This document shows, piece by piece, positions 9,640-18,523 of a stretch of DNA of 32,000 nucleotides. Position 1 is the stretch's first letter, and the number at the start of each line of letters is the position of its first letter. Origin of the DNA: Ignicoccus islandicus DSM 13165 (GTDB lineage Archaea > Thermoproteota > Thermoprotei_A > Sulfolobales > Ignicoccaceae). The stretch covers positions 90,001-122,000 of the forward strand of contig NZ_CP006867.1 of the NCBI RefSeq assembly GCF_001481685.1. The letters are read 5' to 3'. Under the pieces are notes generated by a model, which did no database searches, was not told the DNA's origin, and saw only the letters and a program-made list of their open reading frames with translations. The position numbers and the translations under genes were made by a program.

Positions 9640-10536
9640 GTAGAATCCCAATAGGGAATAGAAAGATCGACATATTCAGCAATCGTCGATAGTTTTTCGT
9701 ACGATAGGGTAGAATCCCAATAGGGAATAGAAAGTTCTTTATCGTTGAGCGTTCGCTTCCGAACTATCTGAGGTAGAATCCCAATAGGGAATAGAAAGTT
9801 ACATTTGTCGGTAAGTACGCTATTCCGTTTTCGACCTTAGGTAGAATCCCAATAGGGAATAGAAAGACGAGGAAATCGAGTTTTCTTTCCATCATTTCGC
9901 CTCCCGTAGAATCCCAATAGGGAATAGAAAGATAGTGAACGGTAAGTCTGCGATGACGAGTATTTTCGGTTGTAGAATCCCAATAGGGAATAGAAAGAGC
10001 AGACGTGATAGTTGATGACGACAAGTTACTGATTCAGAGTAGAATCCCAATAGGGAATAGAAAGACACTCAACGAGTAACTCCTTCATCATTCCAATTAT
10101 CATGTGTAGAATCCCAATAGGGAATAGAAAGTGCAAATACTTTCGACTTGAGCGATTGGTTGAGCGAAAGTGTAGAATCCCAATAGGGAATAGAAAGCCT
10201 GTTTCGTTGATATTAATATATATTCTGGGGGCCAGAAAGTAGAATCCCAATAGGGAATAGAAAGAATCTCCTTAAGAGAATTATAAAAAAAGAATGGAAT
10301 AGAAAGTAGAATCCCAATAGGGAATAGAAAGCCTATCCCCGAGTTCACGCACCCCCCTCCTGCAATCGCTCTAGGTAGAATCCCAATAGGGAATAGAAAG
10401 TCAATAGTCTTTTCAGGTTCTGTTTCTGTTTTTTGGAAAGGTAGAATCCCAATAGGGAATAGAAAGACGTAACAGAAATCGTTTTCGCACTTCGCTTCTT
10501 CCAATTTCCTGTAGAGATCCAAGAGGGAATAGAAAG
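9640..10536 (+). CRISPR. CRISPR array: 14 repeats, 13 spacers, consensus GTAGAATCCCAATAGGGAATAGAAAG (26 nt)
   Basis: Repeats start at 9640, 9709, 9773, 9841, 9906, 9972, 10039, 10106, 10172, 10239, 10306, 10375, 10441 (identical) and 10511 (degenerate GTAGAGATCCAAGAGGGAATAGAAAG). Spacers 38-44 nt, non-repetitive. TCCC-AATA-GGGA internal stem and ATAGAAAG 3' end (archaeal-style 8-nt crRNA handle) give + orientation. Confidence 0.99.
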
Positions 10537-10612
10537 ATAAGATGTAAATCCTCACTAGTAAGCGTTTAGAACTTAACGCCTCTCTCCGAACTACCTCTCA
10601 CGGAGGAAGAGT

Positions 10613-11671
10613 TTGGTTAACGTGAAGATCAGCAACGTCACCAAGTCCTTCGGCAGAAATGTGGTCCTAAAGGGAATAAATCTGGAAATACCTTCAGGGA
10701 AGTTCTTTGCTATACTGGGTCCATCGGGTTCCGGTAAGACAACGTTACTTAGAATAATTGCTGGTTTCGAAATCCCCGATAAAGGGAACGTGTTTTTCGA
10801 CGGTAAGGACGTAACTGACAAACCGCCTTATAAGAGAAAAGTTGCCCTAGTCCCGCAGAACTGGGCGCTCTGGCCCCACATGACTGTGTTTGAAAACGTG
10901 GCCTTTGGTTTAAAGGTAATGAAGCTTCCGCGAAGCGAAATACGACAAAGGGTCAACGAGGTTCTAGACCTTTTAGGTTTGAAGGGACTAGAGGGAAGGT
11001 ACCCTCACCAGTTAAGCGGAGGACAACAACAAAGGGTTGCGTTGGCGAGGGCCTTAGTAGTCAAACCTAAGTTACTCCTCCTCGACGAACCGCTCAGTAA
11101 CTTAGATGCCGTTCTTAGAATAAAGCTCAGGGGCGAGCTAAAGAGGATACAGAGAGAACTGGGTCTCACTGCAATATACGTTACCCACGATCAAGAGGAG
11201 GCTTTGGCTCTAGCAGACGAACTGGCTGTGATAAATGAGGGCGTTGTAGTGGAAACGGGAGAACCAAGAGAGATATTCATTATGCCGAAGAGGCTCTTCA
11301 CGGCGAAGTTCATAGGAAGAACTAGTTCCGCTAGAGGAAAGGTCGTGGAAGTTAGTGGAAAAGAGGCGTTAGTTCAGATAGGAAAATTAAGGATACGTGC
11401 GATAAATCACGGCCTGAAGGAAGGAGATGAATGCGTAGTTGTGTTCAAATCCGAGCTAGCGAAGGTTAGGCCGAGAGAGGGCTACGTCAAGGTGACAGGC
11501 ATCTTGACGCTGTCCATGTACTTGGGACCGAAGGTTGAGGTTAGACTGAAACCCGAAGGCTCTGAGGAGGAAATATCGTTCTATGTAAGTGAAAGGGAGA
11601 CTCCTCAAATAGGCTCAACTTATTCAGTTCACTTACCGATTGAAGCGATCCACGCCTTTCCGCTCGAATAA
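10613..11671 (+). CDS. ABC transporter ATP-binding protein, PotA/MalK/FbpC-like, with C-terminal TOBE-like region
   Basis: Walker A GPSGSGKTT, signature LSGGQQQR, Walker B LLLLDEPLSNLD, YVTHDQEEAL; GGAGG Shine-Dalgarno at 10602 before TTG start. Confidence 0.93.
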   Translation: MVNVKISNVTKSFGRNVVLKGINLEIPSGKFFAILGPSGSGKTTLLRIIAGFEIPDKGNVFFDGKDVTDKPPYKRKVALVPQNWALWPHMTVFENVAFGLKVMKLPRSEIRQRVNEVLDLLGLKGLEGRYPHQLSGGQQQRVALARALVVKPKLLLLDEPLSNLDAVLRIKLRGELKRIQRELGLTAIYVTHDQEEALALADELAVINEGVVVETGEPREIFIMPKRLFTAKFIGRTSSARGKVVEVSGKEALVQIGKLRIRAINHGLKEGDECVVVFKSELAKVRPREGYVKVTGILTLSMYLGPKVEVRLKPEGSEEEISFYVSERETPQIGSTYSVHLPIEAIHAFPLE

Positions 11672-11717
11672 GTAAAATACGTATCTAAGCACTACGAGGG
11701 GGAAAGGTAGGTAGGGT

Positions 11718-12968
11718 ATGCCAGAAAAGGAAGACTTAAAGGAAGTCATAGATCAATATCTCGAGAAGCTGGAAAGGGGCGAGCTAACTATAAGTAAGTT
11801 GGATAAGGTGCTTTCGCCTAACCTAGCTGCGGTCGTTAGGAGACTGTTCATTGAAAGGAAGACTGGAAAGGTTCTAAGCGCAATAGCATCTACCATACTT
11901 GACTTCGAGGAGCTCGTGGGAAGGAACATCGAAAACCCAATAGGAGCGGTTCAGATACCGCTAGGAGTGGCTGGACCGCTGAAAGTTAACGGCGATTACG
12001 CGAAAGGCGAATTCTTCATCCCATTAGCTACCCATGAAGGGGCGCTAGTTGCCTCTATAAATAGAGGGTGTAAGGCCGTAACGGAGTCAGGCGGTGCTCG
12101 AGCTAAAGTAATTAAGGACGGCATGGCTAGAGCGCCCGTTTTTGTCGCTCCTAATATAGAAAAGGCTTACCAATTGGTTCAATGGGTAAGGGAACACTTC
12201 GACGAAATAAAGAGGGAAGCTGAGAGCACAACGAGTCACGGTAAGCTGAAGGAAATTCAACCCTTCGTAATGGGCAATAACGTGTGGCTTCGCTTCGTGT
12301 ACTTCACTGGCGACGCAATGGGCATGAACATGGCTACTATTGCAACAGAGAAGGCATGTGATTATATTGAAAGAGAATTTGGTGAGGCGAAGTGTTTAGC
12401 GTTGTCTGGAAACATGTGCGTAGATAAGAAGCCGGCTCACTTGAACGTTTTGTGTGGAAGGGGGAAGACTGTAGTTGCCGAAGCAGTTATAAAGGAGGAA
12501 GTAATAAGGAGAGTGTTCAAAGCGGACGCCCAAACTATACACGAAGTCAATTTGAGGAAGAACTTGCTCGGAAGCGCTTACGCGGGATCGCTTTCATTCA
12601 ATGCACACTTCGCTAACGTGATAGCGGCGATATTTCTAGCTACAGGCCAAGATGCAGCTCAAGTAGTCGAGTCCCCCATGGGCTTCACGTGGACTGAGGT
12701 AAGGGGGAACGATTTGTACATATCAGTTACGTTACCTAGCTTGGAAGTGGGAACAGTTGGTGGCGGTACGAGGTTGCCGACCCAGAGGGAGGCCTTGGAG
12801 ATACTAGGGGTAGCTGGCGGAGGAGACCCTCCTGGAACCAACGCTCTCAAGTTCGCTGAGATAGTCGCCTCAGCGGTCCTAGCGGGCGAACTCAACCTGC
12901 TTGCTGCCTTGGCCGCTAAGGAACTGGCCAAGGCACACAAAGCTCTAGGTAGAGGAATGGGTAAATGA
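11718..12968 (+). CDS. hmgA: Hydroxymethylglutaryl-CoA reductase (class I type)
   Basis: 416 aa with [69 protein letters not shown]. Confidence 0.97.
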   Translation: MPEKEDLKEVIDQYLEKLERGELTISKLDKVLSPNLAAVVRRLFIERKTGKVLSAIASTILDFEELVGRNIENPIGAVQIPLGVAGPLKVNGDYAKGEFFIPLATHEGALVASINRGCKAVTESGGARAKVIKDGMARAPVFVAPNIEKAYQLVQWVREHFDEIKREAESTTSHGKLKEIQPFVMGNNVWLRFVYFTGDAMGMNMATIATEKACDYIEREFGEAKCLALSGNMCVDKKPAHLNVLCGRGKTVVAEAVIKEEVIRRVFKADAQTIHEVNLRKNLLGSAYAGSLSFNAHFANVIAAIFLATGQDAAQVVESPMGFTWTEVRGNDLYISVTLPSLEVGTVGGGTRLPTQREALEILGVAGGGDPPGTNALKFAEIVASAVLAGELNLLAALAAKELAKAHKALGRGMGK

Positions 12969-14083
12969 GGATATTCCAAGTAGTCCTCTGGGACTTATTT
13001 AAGAGGCCTTTGAGAAACCTCCTAATTGTAGTCATGTTATCGATTGCAACGGTTTCCTTAATGGTCACGCTAACGATCTCGCAAGCGGCCTTCCAGATGC
13101 TTCAGAGCTACTTAAACGTGTTCTCTCCGAACGTAGTGATAGTTGCTGGTCCAGTCCTACCGGTATCCCTCTCGTTCGCTTCCTCCCTACCGGGAGTAAA
13201 GGCCATCTATCCGTTAGTTATCTCCGATGGATACCTTCAATGCAACAACTCTTTTTCCTATGTAATGTTAATAGGATATTCCAATATATCTGCAATAGCT
13301 GAGAGTACTTCAATTAAGTTAATCAAAGGGAAGTTCGGTGTAGACGTTAGCGAAGGCTTGAGTAAGTTCTATGGTAAGAAATGTGAGTTAGTTACTTCCT
13401 TCTTCGGATCCTACAACCTTACTATAGAGGGAGTTGTCGAACTGAGGAACTTAGAGGAAGTCATGCAAAGGTCCAACATAGTCTTGGCTCCAATGGAAGT
13501 ACTAGAAGGCGCCATACCTAACGCGTTAGTAATAGTAGCGAAGTCTCCTAAGTACGTTAACATAATAGAAGACGAGATAGTTAACGCCACTGCGGGGCAA
13601 GCCTTCATTTTCTCCCAACGAAGCTTGCGGAAAGTAGGAGAAACTGTAACATCGCTCGCCTCAGTAACTTCCACCTTTCTAGGCTTCTTGTCGATTTCAA
13701 TAGCATCAATAGCTATAGCAGTAATAGCAATTATAGATGTTAAAGACAGGAGATGGGAAATAGGCCTCTTGAAGGCGTTAGGTTTCGAGTCTAAGGACTT
13801 AGCTTTTCTCTATTCATTAGAGTCCCTAATCTATTCAACTATATCCCTAACGATAGGAATAGCGCTCAGCGGAGCCATTTTGAACCTAGCGAAGCACTCT
13901 TTCGGAGAGCTATTGAGAGGATTGATAAATAGCGAAATTATAGTAAAGAGTTTGACAATAAACGAGTCTCAAGTTATTAGGGCCATATTAATTGTAATTG
14001 GAGTTAATTTAATCAGTTCGACGATACCCGCATTGATAAGCTATTCAACGGATCCCGTTCGGGCCTTGAGGCAAATAGAGTAA
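12965..14083 (+). CDS. FtsX/MacB-like ABC transporter permease
   Basis: 372 aa; N-terminal TM ([20 protein letters not shown]), central extracytoplasmic domain, three C-terminal TM segments, [19 protein letters not shown]. Start overlaps hmgA stop (ATGA). Confidence 0.85.
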   Translation: MRIFQVVLWDLFKRPLRNLLIVVMLSIATVSLMVTLTISQAAFQMLQSYLNVFSPNVVIVAGPVLPVSLSFASSLPGVKAIYPLVISDGYLQCNNSFSYVMLIGYSNISAIAESTSIKLIKGKFGVDVSEGLSKFYGKKCELVTSFFGSYNLTIEGVVELRNLEEVMQRSNIVLAPMEVLEGAIPNALVIVAKSPKYVNIIEDEIVNATAGQAFIFSQRSLRKVGETVTSLASVTSTFLGFLSISIASIAIAVIAIIDVKDRRWEIGLLKALGFESKDLAFLYSLESLIYSTISLTIGIALSGAILNLAKHSFGELLRGLINSEIIVKSLTINESQVIRAILIVIGVNLISSTIPALISYSTDPVRALRQIE

Positions 14084-14087
14084 ACTC

Positions 14088-14357
14088 CTATATTCTTTCT
14101 ATGCTCTCCATCAGATCTGTGGAGTGGAGCGCTACTTCGACCCCTATTTCCTTACCGGCTTTTTCGAGCTCCCTCCTCAGCTCTTCCACAGATATCGTCG
14201 CTTGGTCCAAGTCAACTATCATTATCATTGCGAACATGCCTCTGAGGACAGTCTGGGTTATATCTATTATGTTCACCTTATATCTCGCTAGTACGGAAGA
14301 TATCTTCGCTACTATACCAACCTTGTCCTTGCCTATTACAGTTATCACTGCGTGCAA
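14088..14357 (-). CDS. ACT-domain protein, UPF0237-like
   Basis: 89 aa: MHAVITVIGKDKVGIVAKISSVLARYKVNIIDITQTVLRGMFAMIMIVDL. Confidence 0.88.
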   Translation of the reverse strand: MHAVITVIGKDKVGIVAKISSVLARYKVNIIDITQTVLRGMFAMIMIVDLDQATISVEELRRELEKAGKEIGVEVALHSTDLMESIERI

Positions 14358-14363
14358 GATCCT

Positions 14364-14870
14364 TCACTCCCATGGGAACTTTCCATGTTTCTTGTAATAT
14401 TCATATATTCCTCCTTCCTTTAAGAGCTCCATTATCATCTGGGGATAAGGTTTCACTTTAACTTCCTTCCCCTTCGTTAAGTTCCTTATAACACCTTTCT
14501 CTAAATCTATTTCTACTTCATCGCCCTCCTCTATCATCTCAACGGCTTCCGGAGACTCTATTACCGGTAAACCTACGTTGACGGCGTTCCTGAAGAAAAT
14601 CCTTGCGAAGCTCTTCGCTATGACGGCCGACACTCCGGAATACTTTATAGCTATTGGCGCTTGCTCTCTAGAACTACCCATTCCGAAGTTCCTTCCGGCA
14701 ACAACGATGTCTCCAGGCTTTATCTTCTTTGAGAGGTTCGGGTCCAAGTCCTCGAAAACGTGTTTCGCTAGCTCGTAGTAATCTACCGTTTTCGCCTTAT
14801 ATCTGAATGGTATTATCATGTCTGTATCTATGTTGTCACCGAGCTTGGCTACAACTCTACCCTTTACCAT
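14364..14870 (-). CDS. leuD: 3-isopropylmalate dehydratase small subunit family (LeuD/HacB-like)
   Basis: 168 aa with [43 protein letters not shown]. Confidence 0.9.
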   Translation of the reverse strand: MVKGRVVAKLGDNIDTDMIIPFRYKAKTVDYYELAKHVFEDLDPNLSKKIKPGDIVVAGRNFGMGSSREQAPIAIKYSGVSAVIAKSFARIFFRNAVNVGLPVIESPEAVEMIEEGDEVEIDLEKGVIRNLTKGKEVKVKPYPQMIMELLKEGGIYEYYKKHGKFPWE

Positions 14871-14908
14871 AAGGGTACCCGAGCTGAGGGATATATCGAG
14901 CTAGTTAT

Positions 14909-15709
14909 TTAAGATTTCAATAACCCGTTGAGTTCGTAGCACTTTAGAGCTTTGCCGTTCGTTAAGCATAACTTCCCTTTGCTGATGCCGGAGCTAATGC
15001 TACCTTCGAATTCGGCTACCTTCTTTAAATTGTCTGTAAAGACGTACGTCTTTTGGTTGGTAGATGCAGCTAGTAATCCGTCGTTAGCGCTGAGATCGTA
15101 GGCCATTCCGTCCAATTCTGCTCTACCTACGTGTCTCATTTCCCGTTTCGATGTAAGTTCGAATTTATGTAAGTAGGATACGCCGACGAAGAAGGGATCC
15201 CTAGCTAGAACGTAGACGTAATTGTCGAGGCTCGCCACTCCCACTACTTCTTCTATAGGGATAGTTTGCATTCTCTTACATTTCTCTTGTAAGTAAACCC
15301 CTCTCTTCCCTCCTAGGACTAGGAGCCCATTTACTTCAGTAATACCCTTTAGCAAGTCGTTTACTCTAAAGCAATAGGACTCTCGTAGATTTACGACCCT
15401 CGAAACGTTATTACCTTCATAGAAAACGACCAGTGAGTCCTCGTGACTTCCTAGCGCTATTCCATTGAACTTTCTGATTTCCATCTGCCCATTGAACGTT
15501 ACTACTACGTTCCTACCACCGAATAAATATTTCTTACCTATAGAAACTGTGGTGATAATGGAACCGACCCTAACGGTCTTCAATAGTTCGCCTTCAATTG
15601 AGAAAATCATCCCGTCTCCGTGCACAGTGCCAGCTACGACTACACTGTCCTTTACTTTAATTCTCTTGATTATACTTTCTTTAGGCACAGCTATAGCCCT
15701 TTCTCTCAT
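14909..15709 (-). CDS. Hypothetical protein, possible beta-propeller-like repeats
   Basis: 266 aa, repeating short beta-rich segments (SIEGELLKTVRVGSIITTVSIGKKYLFGG; SLDNYVYVLARDPFF; LSANDGLLAASTNQKTYVF). Confidence 0.6.
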   Translation of the reverse strand: MRERAIAVPKESIIKRIKVKDSVVVAGTVHGDGMIFSIEGELLKTVRVGSIITTVSIGKKYLFGGRNVVVTFNGQMEIRKFNGIALGSHEDSLVVFYEGNNVSRVVNLRESYCFRVNDLLKGITEVNGLLVLGGKRGVYLQEKCKRMQTIPIEEVVGVASLDNYVYVLARDPFFVGVSYLHKFELTSKREMRHVGRAELDGMAYDLSANDGLLAASTNQKTYVFTDNLKKVAEFEGSISSGISKGKLCLTNGKALKCYELNGLLKS

Positions 15710-15744
15710 TACATATCCGGATTAGGTTATTGCGCGTTGTGGTT

Positions 15745-16692
15745 TTATAATGTAATCTTCCACTTCGTAGGATTTTCATCCCACCCTTGTTCGAGGAAAT
15801 TAGGGCTCCAAGCACCAAACTTACGATTCAAGAATGGGACCCCCGTGCGAGTAAATACCGATACGACTTTATTCCGATGAAATAGTTTCACCCCATCGGC
15901 AGGGTAGTTGCCTCTTACTATAAACTTCGTTTTCGTTTCTCTTAGGAAGTATCTAGTAACTCCCGGGCCCCACAAGAAGCCCTTGCCGACCGGATTCGGG
16001 CTCCAGCAGTCCTCCGGTTCGTCTTCCCAAGAACACATTTCGGCTGGGTCGTTCCAAAGATATTCTTCAATTAAGTAATTCTCGTTCACTTTGTCACTAT
16101 ATACGCATTCGATCGATTTGCAACCCTTTCTGATTAAGAGCGTTGAAGGACCTCCGTGAAACGCTACCACGGACCTGTCAACTATTAGCGCTAGGGGCAT
16201 TGCATCGAACACTTCTCTAGCCTTAACGTAGATCTCCTCTCCTCGCTTACCGTACCTCTTCAGCAAGTGCAACGGGAAATCGTGTGGAAGAGGTTCCATT
16301 CCTTTAGGGGCTTCGTGATTTCCTCTAAGTATAATAACGTCCCGCGGTCGCTTTGCTTTAAGAGCTAGGGGTAAGAGCAAGGCCTCCACTTGCTTCGGTC
16401 CTCTATCGACGTAATTGCCCAGGAAGACCAATCTCCATTCCTCGAAGACCTCTCTCTTCCCTAACCTTTCCCAAATATCGTAGAGTTGAATGAAGCTACC
16501 GTATAAATCGCCGTGAAAGACGTAGCGAGTGTCTGGATAAGTGAAAGCTACCGGATGGACGCCGCCTTCGTACATTTTTAGCAATAGCTTCTTAGCTTCC
16601 TCTAACAATTCTATAAGTTCGTCCGGTTTTAGTGAGTTCACAGCTTCTGCAAAGCGAGCGGCGTCGTCGACTGGTAGTTCCGCTAATTCCAT
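15745..16692 (-). CDS. PPP-family Ser/Thr phosphatase-like protein, probable catalytically altered form
   Basis: 315 aa with VFHGDLYGS, FLGNYVDRG, ILRGNHE and VVAFHGG, aligning with PPP motifs GDxHG, GDxVDRG, GNHE, HGG. Confidence 0.85.
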   Translation of the reverse strand: MELAELPVDDAARFAEAVNSLKPDELIELLEEAKKLLLKMYEGGVHPVAFTYPDTRYVFHGDLYGSFIQLYDIWERLGKREVFEEWRLVFLGNYVDRGPKQVEALLLPLALKAKRPRDVIILRGNHEAPKGMEPLPHDFPLHLLKRYGKRGEEIYVKAREVFDAMPLALIVDRSVVAFHGGPSTLLIRKGCKSIECVYSDKVNENYLIEEYLWNDPAEMCSWEDEPEDCWSPNPVGKGFLWGPGVTRYFLRETKTKFIVRGNYPADGVKLFHRNKVVSVFTRTGVPFLNRKFGAWSPNFLEQGWDENPTKWKITL

Positions 16693-16781
16693 TCAATTTA
16701 CCCCTCTAGATAATGGGTCCCATCGCGGTAATTTCTTCATTGCTGTGCGCTCCAGGGGGGCAAGTCGTGGTCATCCCATGC

Positions 16782-17186
16782 CTACTTTATTTTTAATACA
16801 TTTATTAAGTAAGTGACCTGTTTCAAGGACTTGACCTTTTCAAGTAACGAGCTCACGTCCCTTGACACCCCTCTAAAGTAACAGCTCAGGAAAATCAACT
16901 TGTCTGAAAACGGGTCTTTCATTATCATAATAGATGGATAGCAACTTTCACTTAATATGGAAATAAGGTCTTGTAGATGAGAATTCGTAGTGGTTACCGT
17001 TAATTGAACGAGGACCTCAGTGTTTTCGTTGAGAAACATTTTCGCATTGTTTAAAGAATTTTCCAAAAGTAATTCAATTACTTTCGATCGAGGCAATCCA
17101 TAAAACTTGCTCAAGTTTTCAATCACTTTATACAATTGCTCGTTTATTGAGATACCGAACCTTTTCTGTTTGGTTGACATTTCCAT
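16782..17186 (-). CDS. Ribbon-helix-helix regulator with NikR-like architecture
   Basis: N-terminal KRFGISINEQLYKVIENLSKFYGLPRSKVIELLLEN (RHH) plus approx. 80 aa C-terminal ACT-like domain. Real start may be the second Met. Confidence 0.65.
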   Translation of the reverse strand: MEMSTKQKRFGISINEQLYKVIENLSKFYGLPRSKVIELLLENSLNNAKMFLNENTEVLVQLTVTTTNSHLQDLISILSESCYPSIMIMKDPFSDKLIFLSCYFRGVSRDVSSLLEKVKSLKQVTYLINVLKIK

Positions 17187-17269
17187 CCAGCAAGTTTTGA
17201 AACGACCAGTAAGTAACTTAAGTATTGCTACTACATTAACGGGGTTTAAATTAAAGAGTCTCTAACAAT

Positions 17270-17278
17270 CTATATAAA
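17270..17278 (+). promoter_or_regulatory. TATA-box-like element upstream of lysW
   Basis: CTATATAAAC about 40 bp upstream of the lysW ATG in a non-coding gap. Confidence 0.45.
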
Positions 17279-17314
17279 CCCATCCGAGGAAGCTATGACG
17301 GAGGTTATGAGGTC

Positions 17315-17491
17315 ATGCCAATAAAAGCGAAATGTCCCGTCTGCGGTGCTGAGATAGAACTCCCAGACGACGTCATGGATGGAGAAATAGTTGAGTGTGA
17401 ATCTTGTGGAGCGCAACTAGAAGTGAAGAGAGAAGGCGACAAAGTAGAACTTAAGGTCGCGGAAGAGACAGCTGAGGATTGGGGCGAGTGA
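17315..17491 (+). CDS. lysW: Amino-group carrier protein LysW
   Basis: 58 aa ORF missed by track: MPIKAKCPVCGAEIELPDDVMDGEIVECESCGAQLEVKREGDKVELKVAEETAEDWGE; N-terminal zinc ribbon, C-terminal EDWGE signature, directly upstream of lysX. Confidence 0.96.
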   Translation: MPIKAKCPVCGAEIELPDDVMDGEIVECESCGAQLEVKREGDKVELKVAEETAEDWGE

Positions 17492-17498
17492 GGGGGAG

Positions 17499-18356
17499 GT
17501 GAGTTGGTTCCAGTTCGTTGTTAAGGTCTATTATGATATGCCGAGAGTAGAGGAAAAGAGGTTAATGAAGGCTCTAGAAGACGAAGGCTTCGAGGTAAAG
17601 CCCTTCAACGTAACTAGGGAACCCTTACCAATAGGGGGGGTTGAGGACCACATAGCACTAATAAGAGCCGTCAGTATGTTCAGGTCCTTATATACTGCCG
17701 CAGTCCTAGAAGCGAATGGAATAACTCCTATCAATAGTTCCTTCACTATTATATATTCTGGGGACAAGATCCTAACGTACTCGGTTCTGGCGGCGAATTC
17801 CATACCAATACCCAAGACCGTTATATCCTTAAATGGAGATTCAACAATCAAAGCGTACTTACAGATAGGCTTTCCACTTGTAGACAAGCCTCCAATAGGA
17901 AGCTGGGGTCGGCTTGTTAGCCTAATAAGGGATTGGCACGAAGCCAATATAGTTATAGAACATAGAAGCATGATGAACAACCCTCAGATGAAAGCTCACA
18001 TCGTTCAAGAATACGTTGAAATGCCAGAGCATAGAGATATAAGGTGTTTCGTGGTAGGTGGTAATTGTTTAGGATGTATCTATAGAATACCTAAGGAGGG
18101 AGAATGGAGATCTAACGTAGCGCTAGGTGCCGATGTCGTTAAACTAGATGAGAGCACGGAAGCGTGTGAATTAGCAGTTAAGGCGGCCGAAGCCCTCAAA
18201 GGCGAAGTCGTCTCCATAGATCTATTTGAAAGAAAGGACGGATTGGTAGTTAATGAAGTAAACGGCGTACCGGAATTCAAGGGATTTATGAGGGCTACGG
18301 GTATTGACGTCGCTAAGGAAGTTGCGAAATACGTAAAGGAGAAATTGAAGAAATAG
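17499..18356 (+). CDS. lysX: LysW-dependent ATP-grasp ligase, LysX/ArgX type
   Basis: 285 aa RimK-like ATP-grasp (VDKPPIGSWGRLVSLI, IVQEYVEMPEHRDIRCFVVG, VNEVNGVPEFKGF) 7 bp downstream of lysW. Confidence 0.9.
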   Translation: MSWFQFVVKVYYDMPRVEEKRLMKALEDEGFEVKPFNVTREPLPIGGVEDHIALIRAVSMFRSLYTAAVLEANGITPINSSFTIIYSGDKILTYSVLAANSIPIPKTVISLNGDSTIKAYLQIGFPLVDKPPIGSWGRLVSLIRDWHEANIVIEHRSMMNNPQMKAHIVQEYVEMPEHRDIRCFVVGGNCLGCIYRIPKEGEWRSNVALGADVVKLDESTEACELAVKAAEALKGEVVSIDLFERKDGLVVNEVNGVPEFKGFMRATGIDVAKEVAKYVKEKLKK

Positions 18357-18392
18357 AATTAAGTTTATTAATGAATGTGAAATGAGGTTTCC

Positions 18393-18466
18393 GGGGCCGT
18401 CGTCTAGCTTGGTAGGATGCCAGCCTGGGGCGCTGGTGGTCCCGGGTTCAAATCCCGGCGGCCCCA
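18393..18466 (+). tRNA. tRNA-Pro (anticodon GGG), genome-encoded CCA at 18467-18469
   Basis: GGGGCCG/CGGCCCC acceptor; CCAGC-CTGGGGC-GCTGG anticodon arm; CCGGG-TTCAAAT-CCCGG T arm; TTTATTAA element approx. 25-30 bp upstream. Confidence 0.96.
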
Positions 18467-18523
18467 CCACGCCTCTGCACTACTTAATAAAGCAGTTGTC
18501 CCCGGATTCATAGGGACTTAGGC

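Noticed and set aside
9998-10038. TGATGA...CTGA pattern in CRISPR spacer 6 resembling C/D box sRNA elements
   Set aside because: Boxes only about 11 nt apart with no C'/D' partners; expected by chance in a spacer.
10100-10555. 151-aa and other minus-strand ORFs (9764..10024, 10026..10250) with repeated FLFPIGIL / FYSLLGFY peptides
   Set aside because: These are translations of the CRISPR repeats; no independent coding evidence.
10591-10821. Minus-strand 76-aa ORF at the start of the ABC ATPase gene
   Set aside because: Antisense to the Walker A region (characteristic PEPDGPS-like shadow translation).
17632-17642. G-run near the start of lysX as a possible frameshift site
   Set aside because: Frame is maintained through the run (LPIGGVED) in a well-conserved protein; nothing indicates slippage.
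18222-18470. Minus-strand ORF starting MVGPPGFEPGTTSAPGWHPTKLDDGP
   Set aside because: Antisense translation of tRNA-Pro, a well-known spurious GFEPG-type peptide, continuing antisense to lysX.
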